Shown here one piece after another: positions 47,151-48,882 of a DNA stretch of 48,882 nucleotides. Made by a program: the position numbers and the translations under genes. Origin of the DNA: a virus (taxonomy: Duplodnaviria > Caudoviricetes); IMG/VR virus record IMGVR_UViG_3300020449_000268, positions 1 through 48,882 of that record; one strand, 5' to 3'. The notes below the pieces were generated by a model. That model was given only the letters and a program-made list of their open reading frames with translations, had not been told where the DNA came from and made no database searches. The stretch's first letter is position 1. Each line of letters begins with the position of its first letter.

Positions 47151-47455
47151 GAATTAAACCTAGGTGTTTGACTTTTCAACCTAAAAGTTATCATAAACCA
47201 GCTGCATATACAGCAGACGGTTATATGTTACCTTGTTGTTGGTTAGATGATCCTAAAAACGACCACGCTTTAGAGAATGAGTTTCATATGAAAGATGAAC
47301 ACCTTGCTCTGAAAAATGTAGAGAAGATAGAAGACATATATGGTTCAAAGGAATGGGCACACTTCTTTGATACCTTAATAAATAACCCTAGTTGTGCTAT
47401 GAAACAATGCCAATACAAATGTGGCAATAGAGAAAAAGACACATACAAAAGATGA
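47132..47455 (+). CDS. Stand-alone SPASM/twitch-like protein, copy 2
   Basis: Tandem paralog of copy 1 with the same Cys pattern. Confidence 0.7.
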   Translation: MDPKDIRIKPRCLTFQPKSYHKPAAYTADGYMLPCCWLDDPKNDHALENEFHMKDEHLALKNVEKIEDIYGSKEWAHFFDTLINNPSCAMKQCQYKCGNREKDTYKR

Positions 47456-47586
47456 GAATATTAATTATACTATCAATATTATTTTTAACTGCTTGTTCAT
47501 CTACAGGTAAACCTATCAAAGAACATAGATTTATTGTGAGTGCTGTAAAACAAGTTATATCGCCAGGAATAGGATTCGGTAAATGA
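47452..47586 (+). CDS. Small lipoprotein (44 aa)
   Basis: Hand-translated MRILIILSILFLTACSSTGK... with lipobox LTAC and ATGA overlaps at both ends. Confidence 0.65.
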   Translation: MRILIILSILFLTACSSTGKPIKEHRFIVSAVKQVISPGIGFGK

Positions 47587-48347
47587 ACGGACAAGAACTA
47601 GCAGAATTTTATATCAAAAATCAAAAGCTATCTTCACCTAATATGGATCTATCGCATAGATGTATATTACGTTGCCCACAATGTTTACGACAAAAGGTAG
47701 AAGGTCTTCCTAGAATAGCAAGATCGTTTGATATAGGTAAACCAGAGTTTAGAAAAATATTAAATTACTATGATAATCAGATTACTTTCTGTGGTCAAAT
47801 ATCTGACCCAATATATCATCCTGACTTTCTTGCATTTTTAGAAATGATGGATGGTTTAGGTAAAGGTTTAAGAGTTGCAACTAATGGTACTAATACAAAA
47901 GGCATGGATGAAAAGTGGTGGGAAAAAGCATATAGTTATGGTCTAGGAGAAAATTGTTGGTACTTTGGTGTTGATGGTTTAGATGAGAAATCAGAATTGT
48001 ATCGTATAGGTTCTAACTTTAAACAAGTATGGGAAACTATGAAAATGGGAGTACAATATGGCCACCCTATTGTATGGCAATATATTATCTTTGGTTACAA
48101 TGAACATGAAATAGAACAAGCAAAAGAGATTGCACATAAAGAAGGTATAACATTATTACTAATTAAAACAAATAGAGGTTTTGATCCTAGAAGTAGAAAT
48201 TTAAGAAAGAACGTACAAAAGGCATATGAGAACTTTAACGTGCCTAGTGAAAAGAATAGAGTTAAAAAAATAAAAAGCGAAGAATACTTTAACGTTACAC
48301 CTGAACTAGAACGTTGGAGAAAAGTAAGACAAGGAGCATTTAAATGA
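47583..48347 (+). CDS. Radical SAM core-only protein (paralog of 17600..18274)
   Basis: CILRCPQC, FCGQISDP, FGVDG and WQYIIF.YNEH. Confidence 0.85.
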   Translation: MNGQELAEFYIKNQKLSSPNMDLSHRCILRCPQCLRQKVEGLPRIARSFDIGKPEFRKILNYYDNQITFCGQISDPIYHPDFLAFLEMMDGLGKGLRVATNGTNTKGMDEKWWEKAYSYGLGENCWYFGVDGLDEKSELYRIGSNFKQVWETMKMGVQYGHPIVWQYIIFGYNEHEIEQAKEIAHKEGITLLLIKTNRGFDPRSRNLRKNVQKAYENFNVPSEKNRVKKIKSEEYFNVTPELERWRKVRQGAFK

Positions 48348-48882
48348 TCTTAAAGTATGGTAACCAAGAAATTGATTTTTGGAATTTAAAAGAACAAATA
48401 GATAAATCACCACATAAGGAACAAGCATTAAAAGATATTGTATTTGATGATGACTTTTTACCTAAACAAGTTGTAGTATCATTATCAGGTGGCGCTGACT
48501 CAGCGTCTGCTACATATCTTACATTAAAACACTTTCCACAAATAGAAATATTTCCTTTTATGTGTAATGACGTAAACGCTCCTAAAGACGCTGACGCAGC
48601 TAGAGAAATAACTGAATACTTACAAAAGAAGTTTCCTAATGGTAAGTTAAATGATATAACAATAAAAGATTTTAACGATAGAGAAGTAGGTGGTTACTGG
48701 CCTCAAGCAAAAGAATTAAAAGCTTCTGATCCTGAATTGTATGGTAATATGTCAATAGTAGCAATGGCAAAGATTATACAATTAGATGAATTAATACCTA
48801 ACTTTATGAAAGAGTTTAAAGGACCTATAAGACTAGATGGTATGACAGCAAACCCACCTGTTAATATACGTATGGCATTTGG
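48344..48882 (+). CDS. PP-loop ATP pyrophosphatase (QueC-like), partial
   Basis: Hand-translated from ATG 48344 (AAGGAG RBS). Contains VVVSLSGGADSA and GMTANPP, and runs off the right edge. Confidence 0.7.
   Translation, partial: MILKYGNQEIDFWNLKEQIDKSPHKEQALKDIVFDDDFLPKQVVVSLSGGADSASATYLTLKHFPQIEIFPFMCNDVNAPKDADAAREITEYLQKKFPNGKLNDITIKDFNDREVGGYWPQAKELKASDPELYGNMSIVAMAKIIQLDELIPNFMKEFKGPIRLDGMTANPPVNIRMAF

Noticed and set aside
47397-47594. Minus-strand 65-aa ORF from the track
   Set aside because: The plus-strand lipobox ORF 47452..47586 with ATGA coupling on both sides explains the interval better.
1-48882. Interpretation as a bacterial chromosome or prophage because of the transporter and sugar genes
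   Set aside because: The metabolic genes are flanked on both sides by T4-like virion genes and are headed by T4 late motifs. No housekeeping genes, integrase, tRNA or CRISPR array were seen.

Overview
The window is an AT-rich segment of a T4-like myovirus genome. A SAR11/Pelagibacter-type alphaproteobacterial host is inferred from the gene set, the base composition and a textbook alphaproteobacterial LexA box. The minus-strand virion module is PAAR, gp25, gp6, gp7, gp9/10-like, gp8, a 2024-aa DUF4815-type protein and fibre genes. It is interrupted by a ~25.5 kb enzyme island (1862-27311) that sits behind T4 late-promoter motifs (TATAAATA). The island has three parts. (1) An ATP-grasp ligase with two small paralogous proteins. 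(2) A 12.8 kb minus-strand operon with two cobalamin-dependent radical SAM enzymes, six 2OG-Fe(II)-type dioxygenases, an ACP-like/methyltransferase fusion and a peroxiredoxin lacking its catalytic Cys. The same operon carries apparent uptake systems for their cofactors: a BtuB-like TonB-dependent receptor, a BtuM/DUF6580-like membrane protein and a TctA/TctC carboxylate transporter. (3) An amino-sugar/glycan tailoring operon (DegT aminotransferase, carbamoyltransferase, radical SAMs, methyltransferase, glycosyltransferases, epimerase). The right end has a LexA-box/sigma70 cassette with a beta-lactamase-family serine hydrolase, then a nitroreductase, duplicated stand-alone SPASM-like genes, a radical SAM and a partial PP-loop (QueC-like) gene. 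The best candidate for a new system is the self-provisioning B12/2OG modification operon. All family calls come from motif recognition by eye; no searches were run. No tRNA, rRNA, CRISPR array or integrase was seen.
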